Of a DNA stretch of 64,000 nucleotides, positions 9,129 through 18,308 are shown one piece after another. The position numbers were made by a program, and so were the translations under genes. The notes beneath the pieces are model-generated. The model had not been told where the DNA came from and searched no databases. It was given only the letters and a program-made list of their open reading frames with translations. The DNA is taken from NCBI GenBank assembly GCA_001875425.1, contig MIYU01000012.1, positions 39,940 to 103,939 on the forward strand, read 5' to 3'. Positions within the stretch are counted from its first letter, which is position 1. Each line of letters starts with the position of its first letter. The stretch is from Marine Group III euryarchaeote CG-Bathy1. Its GTDB lineage: Archaea > Thermoplasmatota > Poseidoniia > MGIII > CG-Epi1.

Positions 9129-10268
9129 ATGTTTGATTCGTACAAAACAATAGTGAGAATCTATGGATTGGTATTTGGAACGCTCCTCATGAGCATGGGA
9201 TTACAACTGTTATTTCTCAGGTATTTTTCAGAAAATTTAATAGAAGACGAGGATATGATAATTGAAAAAATCCCAATATCCTTGATGGTTGTTTTTATGC
9301 TTATATTGACTTGTTCCGGGTTAATAATTGTATATAGTTTGTTACAACCTGCACCAAAGGCGATTAAATATTTTCATATAGATTCAAAGCTTGATGCAAT
9401 TAGTAAGGGAAATAAAAAAATAGAAAAAGCGACAGAATTGAACCTTCCAAAAACAAAAAAATTGTGGTGGATATTTGGACTATCGTTGCTAATTGGCATA
9501 ATATGTTTGAATGTGGGAGGTATGGCGTTGTATATTTTTCCAATTTGTTTTGTTATTGCATTCTCATTTCCTAGTCTTTTTTGGTTAAGTTATGCATATC
9601 GAAAAACTAACGGAAGAGGGGAACCTGAAAGAATGATACTAGTTGCATTAACTTGGGGGATGATATCAACACTTCCTGCCAGTATAATGAATGAGCTTGT
9701 AGCTATGCAAATAGGGGCAGATATGATGAAATTGTTCGAAGAAGAAGTCATAGGAATGGCCGAAATAATAGTGATAACTATTGCAGCTCCAATAATGGAA
9801 GAAATTCTGAAACCTCTAGGTCTAATATTAATTATTAAAAGAATAAAAACACCTTATGAAGGAATTTTGTATGGCGTAACCTGTGGCTTAGGATTTGCCA
9901 TGATTGAAAATTTATTATATGAAATATGGGTAGTCACTGTATTTGGAGCAAACGAATGGACTGTGACTGCATTTGCTAGAGGAATGGGGTCAACTGTCCT
10001 ACATACTGTTGGACCTGCTATTGTAGGATTTTTTTATGCGAAATACCACCTATCTAATCTTTCTGGAATGGCTAAATTAACTCTAGGATTTTTATGTGCA
10101 TTTGTTGTGCATGGATTGTGGAATTTAGTTGGCATTTTACCTTTAGTTAAAACAGAATGGGAATTACAATCATTTGTAATCTTATTCTTTTTCACCATAG
10201 CCTGTATTATGATTGTAACAAAACTTCTGAATAAAGGGTTGAAAGATGTGCATATAGAGAATGTTTAG
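9129..10268 (+). CDS. PrsW-family intramembrane protease-like membrane protein
   Basis: Multi-TM protein with MEEILKPLG, GLGFAMIENLLY, HTVGPAIVG and HGLWN, which resemble the conserved PrsW motifs. It has an extra ~150-aa N-terminal membrane region. Confidence 0.65.
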   Translation: MFDSYKTIVRIYGLVFGTLLMSMGLQLLFLRYFSENLIEDEDMIIEKIPISLMVVFMLILTCSGLIIVYSLLQPAPKAIKYFHIDSKLDAISKGNKKIEKATELNLPKTKKLWWIFGLSLLIGIICLNVGGMALYIFPICFVIAFSFPSLFWLSYAYRKTNGRGEPERMILVALTWGMISTLPASIMNELVAMQIGADMMKLFEEEVIGMAEIIVITIAAPIMEEILKPLGLILIIKRIKTPYEGILYGVTCGLGFAMIENLLYEIWVVTVFGANEWTVTAFARGMGSTVLHTVGPAIVGFFYAKYHLSNLSGMAKLTLGFLCAFVVHGLWNLVGILPLVKTEWELQSFVILFFFTIACIMIVTKLLNKGLKDVHIENV

Positions 10269-10280
10269 AAAGCTGAAAGA

Positions 10281-10290
10281 TTGATATACA
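10281..10290 (+). promoter_or_regulatory. possible TATA box for tRNA-Tyr
   Basis: TTGATATACA is centred about 25 nt upstream of tRNA position 1. Confidence 0.3.
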
Positions 10291-10310
10291 TCATGCTATT
10301 TTCATTATTA

Positions 10311-10430
10311 CCCGCCTTAGCTCAGACTGGCCAGAGCGGCCGGCTGTAGTGGTAACTTCTACCATATCCGTTAGAACGGAAGGCCGCAGATACCGGCAGG
10401 TCCCCGGTTCAAATCCGGGAGGCGGGACCA
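10311..10430 (+). tRNA. tRNA-Tyr(GTA) with a 42-nt intron (10350..10391) at the canonical 37/38 site; CCA encoded
   Basis: I folded it by hand. Acceptor CCCGCCT/AGGCGGG with C1:G72 (the archaeal/eukaryal Tyr identity pair). D arm GCTC..GAGC. Anticodon stem GCCGG/CCGGC. Loop CT-GTA-G | intron | A. T arm CCCGG-TTCAAAT-CCGGG. Discriminator A. The splice sites lie in two 3-nt bulges separated by a 4-bp helix (CTGT/GCAG), which is a BHB motif. Confidence 0.8.
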
Positions 10431-10433
10431 TTT

Positions 10434-11237
10434 CTAATTTAGACTACTGCGGATAACTTTGTAATTTGCAAAACCTGTTATTGAAGACAGGATAAATATA
10501 AGAAATAATGAAGTCCAAATAGCATTCATTGTAGAATCGATCCACCCATCTAAAAATATACTACGGATAGCATCCAAAACGTGTTCGCAAGGATTGTAAA
10601 TGACCACAGATTGTAACCATTCAGGAAGAAGTGGTTCTGGAACATAAGCAGTGCTCATGAAAACCGCAAAGAAAAATAGTGGAAAAACTGCTTGAACTGC
10701 TTGTTCACTTTTAGTCTTGAAAGCTAAAGCTACGACTAAATTGCCCACAATACCTATACCAAAAGTAGCTGCAATAACTGCCATTAGAAATAAACCTACT
10801 ATACCTGAATCAGGAAGAACAAAATCGCCACTCATGTATCTATGATAAAGGATTGATACAGTTATAATCAATAATATTTGAATGATTAATCTCGTGTATT
10901 CCGACATAAAACGAGCGACTAATTGAGGAATTAAACCAGCAGGTGTAGCTCTTAATTTTTCGAAATAACCTGTATTCAAATCCATTAGAAGTGCTGCAGA
11001 CGAATTGACACTGCCGAAGGTAGCTGTCAATAAAATAATAGCTGGCGTAATATACAGATAGTAAGGATGCTCAGCGTATGGATTTCCAGGAACATCGGAA
11101 AGACTTGTAAAAAGATTGGAAAATAAAAGATATTGAAGAATTGGAACTACGAAACTGAAAGCTAAAACAGCAGGTAAACGGCGATATTGTTTTAGATTAC
11201 GTACATAGAGTATGAAAGTTGTTTTTACGGGATTCAT
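10434..11237 (-). CDS. ABC-2 type transporter permease
   Basis: 267 aa, about six TM segments. It is translationally coupled (4-nt overlap) to the upstream ABC ATPase. Confidence 0.75.
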   Translation of the reverse strand: MNPVKTTFILYVRNLKQYRRLPAVLAFSFVVPILQYLLFSNLFTSLSDVPGNPYAEHPYYLYITPAIILLTATFGSVNSSAALLMDLNTGYFEKLRATPAGLIPQLVARFMSEYTRLIIQILLIITVSILYHRYMSGDFVLPDSGIVGLFLMAVIAATFGIGIVGNLVVALAFKTKSEQAVQAVFPLFFFAVFMSTAYVPEPLLPEWLQSVVIYNPCEHVLDAIRSIFLDGWIDSTMNAIWTSLFLIFILSSITGFANYKVIRSSLN

Positions 11238-12190
11238 GATTCACCCTCCAATCTTTTACCAGTATATTTGAGATATACATCATCCAGTGTTGGAACACGG
11301 ACCTTAGTGCCTTGGACTTTCAAATCGATATTCATTATTTTCTTTAATGTTGGTAAAAGAGAAGTTTCACCATCGTCAACACTTATGAGAAGTTTATTGG
11401 ATTGATACTCTATATCGCCATCCAAAAACTCGCTAAATAATGATTTTTTTTGTGAATCATTTATTTTTTCAGATAGTGAAAATTCTATCTTATCTTTACC
11501 TACAGATTTTTTTAGATTATCGGGCGTATCGATTGCTACTATTTCTCCTGAATCAATTATAGCAATACGATCGCAAAGAACATCTGCTTCCTCCATATAA
11601 TGAGTAGACATAATCATTGTTATTCCGCGTTCTTTACGAAGTGTGCGAAGTAAATTCCACAAATCGGAACGATGTGATGGATCGAGGCCTGTAGTTGGTT
11701 CATCTAGGATTAGTAAATCTGGATTGTGAACTAAAGAAGCTGCGAGATCTAATCGGCGTTGTGTACCGCCTGAGAGTTCTGGAATCATCTGATCTGCGTA
11801 TTCGTGTAAATCGAGAAGAGTTAAACTCTCTTGAACTTTCTTTTCAACTTCAGTACCGGTAAAACCGAAGAGTGTAGCATGAAATCTGATAAGTTCGGAT
11901 GTTGTTACTAGATTATCTAAGCCTGCTTCTTGAAGTGCAAAACCAATTTTTTCTCTTATGAATTTTTGATCCGTGTGTATATTGTGATTTAAAATGTTAA
12001 TATCACCTTTCGTAATTTTTAACAAAGTGCCCATCATCTGGAGTACTGTAGTTTTCCCAGCACCGTTTGGCCCCAGCATTCCAAATATTTCACCTTTCTT
12101 TACAACGAAATTGATGCCTTTGACGGCATGAGTACCGCTTCTGTAAATCTTTTCTAGATTTTTAACTTCGATTACATTTTCAATAGACAT
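11234..12190 (-). CDS. ABC transporter ATP-binding protein (DrrA/ABC-2 type)
   Basis: Walker A GPNGAGKTT, signature LSGGTQRRL, Walker B LLILDEPTTGLD. I placed the start at ATG 12190 (MSIENVIEV...). The track start at 12244 would overlap the upstream SDR gene. Confidence 0.9.
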   Translation of the reverse strand: MSIENVIEVKNLEKIYRSGTHAVKGINFVVKKGEIFGMLGPNGAGKTTVLQMMGTLLKITKGDINILNHNIHTDQKFIREKIGFALQEAGLDNLVTTSELIRFHATLFGFTGTEVEKKVQESLTLLDLHEYADQMIPELSGGTQRRLDLAASLVHNPDLLILDEPTTGLDPSHRSDLWNLLRTLRKERGITMIMSTHYMEEADVLCDRIAIIDSGEIVAIDTPDNLKKSVGKDKIEFSLSEKINDSQKKSLFSEFLDGDIEYQSNKLLISVDDGETSLLPTLKKIMNIDLKVQGTKVRVPTLDDVYLKYTGKRLEGES

Positions 12191-12192
12191 GA

Positions 12193-12930
12193 TTAATCCG
12201 CTGTTTGGCCACCATCTACAGTGATGATTGAGCCGGTTGTCCATTTAGCATCAGAACTGCATAAATGAAGGGCCATCGAAGCTATTTCTTCTGGCTTGCC
12301 CAATCTCTTAAGAGCTGGGATTTTAGATAAATTATCATATTCAATAGAATCTTTATCGAACCTATTTGTGACCATTGGGGTTTCAACTATTCCAGGACAT
12401 ATGCAATTAACTCGGATACGTTCAGCCAAGTCTATGGCCATTGATCTGGTTAGATTAACGACCCCTGCCTTTGCAGCACAATATGCAGCAGCATTATCTA
12501 AAGCCCTTAAACCTAAATTTGAAGAAATATTGAGTATTGAACTGCCTTTAGACATCATAGGAATAAATGCATTTGACATAAGATAGGTACCTTTGAGATT
12601 GGTTCCAATGACGTGGTCCCATTCCTCTTCAGTACACGTTTCTACAGAGTTGTTTTTGAAAACGCCTGCGTTGTTGACTAAAATATCTAAATTGCCCCAA
12701 CCCTCTTTAATGATAAAATCGGCTAAATCTTTGATACTGTCTGAATTTGAAACATCGACTTCACAGAATAGTGAATTTGTTTCACTTGCTGCTTTTTCCA
12801 AAGTGGAAACTGTACGACCGCAAATCAAAACATGAGCGCCTTCGTCAACAAACCTAGAAGCTATAGCTTTACCTATTCCTGAACCACCTCCAGTGATAAG
12901 GGCGTATCTTCCTTGTAATGAATTAGTCAT
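12193..12930 (-). CDS. SDR-family oxidoreductase (3-oxoacyl reductase-like)
   Basis: TGGGSGIGKAIA dinucleotide motif, NNAG, and catalytic YxxxK (YCAAKAGV). Confidence 0.9.
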   Translation of the reverse strand: MTNSLQGRYALITGGGSGIGKAIASRFVDEGAHVLICGRTVSTLEKAASETNSLFCEVDVSNSDSIKDLADFIIKEGWGNLDILVNNAGVFKNNSVETCTEEEWDHVIGTNLKGTYLMSNAFIPMMSKGSSILNISSNLGLRALDNAAAYCAAKAGVVNLTRSMAIDLAERIRVNCICPGIVETPMVTNRFDKDSIEYDNLSKIPALKRLGKPEEIASMALHLCSSDAKWTTGSIITVDGGQTAD

Positions 12931-12990
12931 GCTTTACAATAGGCTAGGCGAGGGCTCATAAATTAACTTTGTATTCGTATATATGGAAAT

Positions 12991-14259
12991 ATGAAGAAAG
13001 TTGCATTGCTTTTGATTATTGTAATCGCATTACCGCTTCTATTTGGAAGCGCTCAAGGAGAAATTCTTCATAATTATTATACTATTCAAGAAGACACTGA
13101 AGAATTAGCGAATATGTATCCAGATATTGCAATATATCGAGAACATGGAGAATCTGGCATGGGTAGTTTAGGTATTTTTTCAGTTGACGTTGCTTTGAAT
13201 ATTAGTGAATTAAGCGAAGAGGAATTACGAGCTTTGCCAACTATGTATGTAGATGCTGCGCATCATGGAAATGAACAGATGGCAGTAGAAGCGGCATATT
13301 TTTTTCTGAAAGAAGTCTTGGAAAAGAGTGCTGCTGACCCGACGTATTTAGAAGGAAAGCGGCTGGTAGTGACTCCGGTAGTGAATGCAGATGGATACCT
13401 TATAGATTGTAGAAATAATGCAATGGGGGTTGATTTGAATAGAAATTACCCATACATGTGGGGAGAATATGGAACATCAGGAATTCCTTCATTCTGTCCA
13501 GCTTCAGGAACTTATCGTGGCTCAAGTGCAGGCAGTGAAATTGAAACGCAAGCGAATATGGAGCTGATGTCTGGAATGAATCTGTATGTATATTTATCAG
13601 GACATACCGGATCTAACGATATAGTGCTGCCTTGGAAAATAACTGGAGAATATGCAGTAGATATACCTGATTGGGAACTGTATGAGCGGTTTTTAGAAGC
13701 ATCAAATAATGTATCCGGCCTTGGATATAGGGACCCCTCAGGAGCAGGTGAATCGATAGCGTGGGGGTATGGTGCAAGAACTGCGATAAGTGTTATAGTA
13801 GAAGTAGATGAAATGCAATGGTTTATTGCAACTTTCGAAGATGCACGAGATGCCCTTGACAATGAATTAAAAATGTATGAAATGGCTTGGGAAAATCTAA
13901 CGTTGATGGGCGGGAATATACAGATTGAAAGTGTTGAAAATGATAAAATTACGTTGAAAAATATAGGATGGGGTGCTGCATACAATATAACCTATGGAAA
14001 ACAGATTGTTGAAATTGTTGAATCGGAAGAAATGATAGTATTAGATATAGAATATGAAACAGATAACTCGATGATTGATATGATAACTTACAATAGAATG
14101 AATATAACTGGGGAAGAGGAATCAATGACTGAAATAGCGATATCAATAAAGGAAGAGACTGGACATATAGAACAGCAAAAATGGATACCTTATCCGAACA
14201 TAATATTAATAATTTTAACAGTTGTAATGAGTATTAAATTAAGGAGTAGAAATGATTGA
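12991..14259 (+). CDS. secreted M14-family zinc carboxypeptidase-like protein with C-terminal TM anchor
   Basis: Signal peptide. HxxE zinc motif (HHGNEQ), NADGY, DLNRNYPY, LSGHTG. The C-terminus is hydrophobic plus basic (IILIILTVVMSIKLRSRND). Confidence 0.75.
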   Translation: MKKVALLLIIVIALPLLFGSAQGEILHNYYTIQEDTEELANMYPDIAIYREHGESGMGSLGIFSVDVALNISELSEEELRALPTMYVDAAHHGNEQMAVEAAYFFLKEVLEKSAADPTYLEGKRLVVTPVVNADGYLIDCRNNAMGVDLNRNYPYMWGEYGTSGIPSFCPASGTYRGSSAGSEIETQANMELMSGMNLYVYLSGHTGSNDIVLPWKITGEYAVDIPDWELYERFLEASNNVSGLGYRDPSGAGESIAWGYGARTAISVIVEVDEMQWFIATFEDARDALDNELKMYEMAWENLTLMGGNIQIESVENDKITLKNIGWGAAYNITYGKQIVEIVESEEMIVLDIEYETDNSMIDMITYNRMNITGEEESMTEIAISIKEETGHIEQQKWIPYPNIILIILTVVMSIKLRSRND

Positions 14260-15028
14260 AATTGAAAATCATGGAAATATACGTACAATAATACTTAATC
14301 GTTCCGAAAAATTGAATGCTATTAATTTGGAAATGGCAACGTTGATTAGAGAAGAGGTAGAAAAGGCAGACGAAGAAGATAATGTAAAAATACTGATTTT
14401 AACTGGAAAAGGTAGAGCATTTTCTGTAGGAGGAGATGTAAACGAGATGGGCGATTATTTGCCAAAAGCAGGAGATCTGTTCTATAAGTTAACAGAACAG
14501 CTACATGCAACTGTAGAGAAAATAATGACTATGAAAAAGCCTGTTATTTGTGGAATTAACGGAATTGTTGCTGGAGGGGCATTAGGTATAGCTCTGGCTG
14601 GAGATTTGAGAATTGGAAATAAATCTACAGAAATGTTGAGTGCTCATTTCAAGAGAGGATTTGTACCGGCAGGAGGTGCGACGTATTTGTTACCTAAAAT
14701 TATTGGACTTGGAAAAACGCAAGATTTATTTTTTGGAGAGAGAACGATAAACGCAAGTGAAATGAAAGAAATGGGAATTCTTCATAGAGTTGTAAAGGAC
14801 GAAGAAATGTTAAAAGAATGCATGAAAGAGGCGCGACGTTTGGAGAGGGGGCCTTTAGATGCGATTGGTGAAACGAAAATGTTACTCAATAGTCAAGAAC
14901 TAAAAATGATGAAAGAACATCTTGTACTAGAACGAGAAAGTAATAGAGAAAGTGGAAATACTGGAGATGCTGTTGAAGGTATTATGGCTTTCTTAGAAAA
15001 AAGAGAAGGAAAATTTAATTCTGAATAA
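14252..15028 (+). CDS. enoyl-CoA hydratase/isomerase (crotonase) family protein
   Basis: Crotonase-fold motifs (GKGRAFSVGGDV, PVICGINGIVAGGALGIALAGDLRI). ATGA overlap with the upstream gene. Confidence 0.85.
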   Translation: MIEIENHGNIRTIILNRSEKLNAINLEMATLIREEVEKADEEDNVKILILTGKGRAFSVGGDVNEMGDYLPKAGDLFYKLTEQLHATVEKIMTMKKPVICGINGIVAGGALGIALAGDLRIGNKSTEMLSAHFKRGFVPAGGATYLLPKIIGLGKTQDLFFGERTINASEMKEMGILHRVVKDEEMLKECMKEARRLERGPLDAIGETKMLLNSQELKMMKEHLVLERESNRESGNTGDAVEGIMAFLEKREGKFNSE

Positions 15029-15104
15029 TGGCGGGCTCGGGGGGATTTGAACCCCCGTATCTGGGTCCGAAGCCCAGCAGGATTCCGAGCTACCTCACGA
15101 GCCC
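15029..15104 (-). tRNA. tRNA-Arg(TCG), CCA encoded
   Basis: Hand fold of the reverse complement. Acceptor GGGCTCG/CGAGCCC. Anticodon arm CTGGG-CT-TCG-GA-CCCAG. T arm GGGGG-TTCAAAT-CCCCC. Discriminator G, then CCA. Confidence 0.85.
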
Positions 15105-15126
15105 ACGCAGATATCTGTTAGAGGTT

Positions 15127-15136
15127 CTTATAATAA
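15127..15136 (-). promoter_or_regulatory. probable TATA box for tRNA-Arg
   Basis: The minus strand reads TTATTATAAG and ends 22 nt upstream of tRNA position 1. Confidence 0.4.
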
Positions 15137-15138
15137 CT

Positions 15139-15744
15139 TTATTCCAACGCTTTCAAAAGCCCTGAAACTCGTGGAAAATCGATTATAGCTAAGACTCTTG
15201 AATTAGTGGTGCAAATAGTTCTCAACCTTTCAGACATATGAAGTTCTCGTGATTTTTCTAAATTTTCATAACCAGATATACTGCAAATTTGTTCATCGAG
15301 CTCCATGATAAAGGATTCAGGAGTTGTTGCTGTTAAACCTCCTTTGCGAAGTTTTTGGTGAAGTCTAGAATATTTGAATTGCTGCCAAGCAGAAATTTTA
15401 TTGAAGGTCTCTGTAAAATCTTCTTCGTCCATATCTAAAGATTCTGTCTTTATTCCTAGATTGATGGCTGTAACAAAAGAGGGAGGGGGCAATCTTACTT
15501 GATCTTCACCGACTAAATCATATAGAAATAGACCATGAATCTCTTGCATACTAGAAATATCAAATGGTTCACCATCCCAATTTGATAGATCTTTCAATTC
15601 TCCGGGACTTATTCCCAATGCTATCACATCGGGAGAAAAATTTTCAACTTTTGATTCAACGTCTTTTGATTCACTAACAAGACCTCTGATAGTTGATAAA
15701 ATGACTAATCTGCAACCAGACATAGATAATTCATTAGTTATCAC
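15139..15744 (-). CDS. hypothetical protein, degenerate TraB/PrgY-like
   Basis: 201 aa. LVILSTIRGLVSESKDVESKVENFSPDVIALGISPGEL and C-terminal EKSRELHMSERLR...RVLAIIDFPRVSGLLKAL resemble the N- and C-terminal TraB-family blocks, but the GTAHVS-type motif is lost. Start is GTG 15744 or ATG 15723. Confidence 0.35.
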   Translation of the reverse strand: MITNELSMSGCRLVILSTIRGLVSESKDVESKVENFSPDVIALGISPGELKDLSNWDGEPFDISSMQEIHGLFLYDLVGEDQVRLPPPSFVTAINLGIKTESLDMDEEDFTETFNKISAWQQFKYSRLHQKLRKGGLTATTPESFIMELDEQICSISGYENLEKSRELHMSERLRTICTTNSRVLAIIDFPRVSGLLKALE

Positions 15745-15851
15745 AATTTTACCTCACAATTATGTTTACAGGAAGAACAAACGTTAGAATTACAAGCAGA
15801 ACAAAACGAAGTGGTTGGTTTTTTACAATGAATACATAACCCAGATAGCAT
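15741..15851 (-). CDS. possible 36-aa cysteine-rich zinc-ribbon mini-protein
   Basis: Hand translation: MLSGLCIHCKKPTTSFCSACNSNVCSSCKHNCEVKL, with three CxxC pairs plus one further Cys (7 Cys in all). Its TGA overlaps the GTG of the downstream TraB-like ORF (GTGA). It is below the ORF-track cutoff. Confidence 0.35.
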   Translation of the reverse strand: MLSGLCIHCKKPTTSFCSACNSNVCSSCKHNCEVKL

Positions 15852-15924
15852 TACAACCACATACACTCCATGATTTTAATTTAATGTACCAAAGTTTTTT
15901 TGCTTCATATCCTTAAAGGTTAAC

Positions 15925-16221
15925 ATGTTTAGAGCGAAAAATATAAAAATTTTCATGCCGGATTGTGAAAAGATAGAAGAATTCAAAGATGTTGAATTTC
16001 AATCCAATCCGGAAATGGAGTTGCTAGTTATATTCACTAATGAAGGAGAGCATGCAGAAGTATATTCGGGAATGAAATACAAAATAATAATGGAAGGAAA
16101 TGGAGCAAAGGAATCATATGACATGGCACAAAGAGCCCATACTATGTCTCAAGAACAGATGAAAATGATGCTAGACCGTGAAGAGGGAACTGAAAATCAA
16201 TTTTATTCTGGAATAGGATGA
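15925..16221 (+). CDS. hypothetical protein
   Basis: 98-aa ORF with no recognisable motif. ATGA overlap with the downstream HAD hydrolase suggests co-translation. Confidence 0.4.
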   Translation: MFRAKNIKIFMPDCEKIEEFKDVEFQSNPEMELLVIFTNEGEHAEVYSGMKYKIIMEGNGAKESYDMAQRAHTMSQEQMKMMLDREEGTENQFYSGIG

Positions 16222-16871
16222 ATAGAAAGGCTAAACTGATTGCGTTCGATATGGATGGAACGTTAATCGAAACTAAATCTTCATGGGCAACGTTGAATAA
16301 AGAATTTGGAGTAGATAGTAGTGAAATGTTGAAAAAGTACATGAATGGAGAGATAACGGATCAAGAATTTGTAGATTATGATATAAGGAATTGGAATGAA
16401 AAGGTAGAGAAATTAAATATTGAGAAAATAAACGCAATTCTAGACGAAGTCGAGATAAGAAATGGTGCTAAGGAATTATTATCTGAAATTAATAAACTAG
16501 GAATTAAATCTGTAATTATTTCTGGTGGAATAAGTCATCTTGCTAAGAGAATTTCTAAAGAATTGGGAATTACTGAATATTATGCAAATGATATTCTAGA
16601 AGATCAAGATGGTAAAATATATGGTAAAATTAATTTAGATAGTAGAAATAAGGGGGCAGTTCTTAGAAAAATAATAAATGAAAATGATATTAGAGAAAGT
16701 GAAGTGATAGCTGTTGGAGATGAAGAGATTGATATTGAAATGTTTGAAATTGCTAAAACTAGTATTGCAGTAAATACGAATAATTCAAAGGTTATTGAAA
16801 AGGCAACGTATCATGTTAAAGAGGAAAATCTATTAGAAATATTAGAATACATGGGAGATATAAATGAATAA
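16218..16871 (+). CDS. HAD-superfamily hydrolase, subfamily IB (phosphoserine phosphatase-like)
   Basis: Motif I FDMDGTLIE, motif II ISGG, motif III/IV K...VGDEEIDIEM. Confidence 0.7.
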   Translation: MNRKAKLIAFDMDGTLIETKSSWATLNKEFGVDSSEMLKKYMNGEITDQEFVDYDIRNWNEKVEKLNIEKINAILDEVEIRNGAKELLSEINKLGIKSVIISGGISHLAKRISKELGITEYYANDILEDQDGKIYGKINLDSRNKGAVLRKIINENDIRESEVIAVGDEEIDIEMFEIAKTSIAVNTNNSKVIEKATYHVKEENLLEILEYMGDINE

Positions 16872-17640
16872 TAATGTTTTAATCCAAAAAGAGAATAGAA
16901 TCGGTACAGTTATAATAAATCGTCCTGAGAAATTAAATTCATTGAGTACGGATACTAGAAAGGAATTAGTAAATGCTTTCAAAGAATTAGAAGGAGATAA
17001 AGATATAAGAATTATAATACTTTCAAGTTCAGAATGTAAAGCATTTAGTGCTGGTGCAGATCTAAAAGAATTTGCCAGTACAGAAAAGATAGATACTGTA
17101 GAAATGGAAAGGGGATGGGAAGTAACTGAAATAATCTTTAATTTGAAGAAACCCGTTATTGCTATGATAGATGGATTCTGTATAGGTGGAGGAATGGAGC
17201 TTGCTATGGCTTGCGACATACGAATTGCATCAGAAAAATCTAAATTTGGACAGGGTGAAATTAATTTGGCAATTATACCTGGAGCAGGAGGCACTCAAAG
17301 ACTACCTAGATTAATTGGTAGTGGGAGGGCGATGGAAATGATTTTATCTGGTAGAATGATAGGTGCTGTTGAAGCGGAAAAATATGGTGTTGTTAATTTT
17401 GTATACCCTAGCGAAGAAATAGAAGAAGCTACGATAAAAATAGCAGAAAATATTGCAAAAAAATCTCCGTTTGCATTGAGTCGTGCAAAGAGTGCCGTTA
17501 ATAGTTCCTTATCTGAACCTCTAAAAAAAGGGCTTGAAATCGAAAGAACGTTGTTTGTTGAATGTTTTGTTTCTGAAGATGGTAAAGAAGGTATTCGCGC
17601 ATTTGTTGAAAAAAGAGAACCTGAATACAAGGACAAATAA
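16864..17640 (+). CDS. enoyl-CoA hydratase (crotonase)
   Basis: KAFSAGADLKEF, PVIAMIDGFCIGGGMELAMACDIRIA, GAGGTQRLPRLIG. Confidence 0.9.
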   Translation: MNNNVLIQKENRIGTVIINRPEKLNSLSTDTRKELVNAFKELEGDKDIRIIILSSSECKAFSAGADLKEFASTEKIDTVEMERGWEVTEIIFNLKKPVIAMIDGFCIGGGMELAMACDIRIASEKSKFGQGEINLAIIPGAGGTQRLPRLIGSGRAMEMILSGRMIGAVEAEKYGVVNFVYPSEEIEEATIKIAENIAKKSPFALSRAKSAVNSSLSEPLKKGLEIERTLFVECFVSEDGKEGIRAFVEKREPEYKDK

Positions 17641-17641
17641 T

Positions 17642-18307
17642 GTGGTAAAAAAATCTAGAAAAGATAAACGTAAAAATGCTCTAGAAATTCTCGAAGAAGC
17701 GAAAAAACTATATCCATGGGCTGAATGTGCTTTGGTACATGAAGGCGCTTTACAACTTCTTGTAGCGACTATATTATCTGCACAATGTACTGATGAAAGA
17801 GTTAACAAAGTAACAAAGAAACTTTTCAAAAAATATAAATCTGTAAATGATTTTACAAAGGCAGAACTAAATGAATTAGGTAGAGATATTAGACCAACTG
17901 GATATTATAATTCTAAAGCGAAATACATCAAAGGAGCTTGTGAAATGATTGTTAATGAATATGAAGGAAAAGTACCTGACAATATGGAAGAATTAGTAAA
18001 ATTACCAGGAGTAGGAAGGAAAACTGCAAGTGTAGTTCTAGGTGTTATTTTTGGAAAAGCAGAAGGTGTTGTAGTAGATACACATGTATTTAGAATTTCA
18101 AAACGACTTGGATTATCCAAAGGGAATAGTCCTGAAATAGTGGAAAGGGATTTGATGAAAATACTACCGAATGAGTATTGGATAGATTGGGCAGATCATT
18201 TAATTTGGCATGGAAGAAGAGTATGTGATGCGAGAAAACCTTCATGCAATACATGTACATTAGAGATACGGTGTCCAAAGGTGGGCGTAAAAACCCCCAC
18301 TAGATAG
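17642..18307 (+). CDS. nth: endonuclease III
   Basis: HhH-GPD motifs (LVATILSAQCTD, LPGVGRKTASVVL, VVVDTHV) and a 4Fe-4S cluster loop (CDARKPSCNTCTLEIRC). I placed the start at GTG 17642, directly after the crotonase stop. The track start at 17534 overlaps that gene. Confidence 0.9.
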   Translation: MVKKSRKDKRKNALEILEEAKKLYPWAECALVHEGALQLLVATILSAQCTDERVNKVTKKLFKKYKSVNDFTKAELNELGRDIRPTGYYNSKAKYIKGACEMIVNEYEGKVPDNMEELVKLPGVGRKTASVVLGVIFGKAEGVVVDTHVFRISKRLGLSKGNSPEIVERDLMKILPNEYWIDWADHLIWHGRRVCDARKPSCNTCTLEIRCPKVGVKTPTR

Positions 18308-18308
18308 G

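Noticed and set aside
13512-13985. Long antisense shadow ORFs, including this 157-aa one and those at 988..1365, 6430..6804, 16842..17294, 31110..31514 and 32522..32992
   Set aside because: Each lies fully inside, and antisense to, a gene with strong family motifs. Their translations are low-complexity (S/P/I/L-rich) with no recognisable domain.
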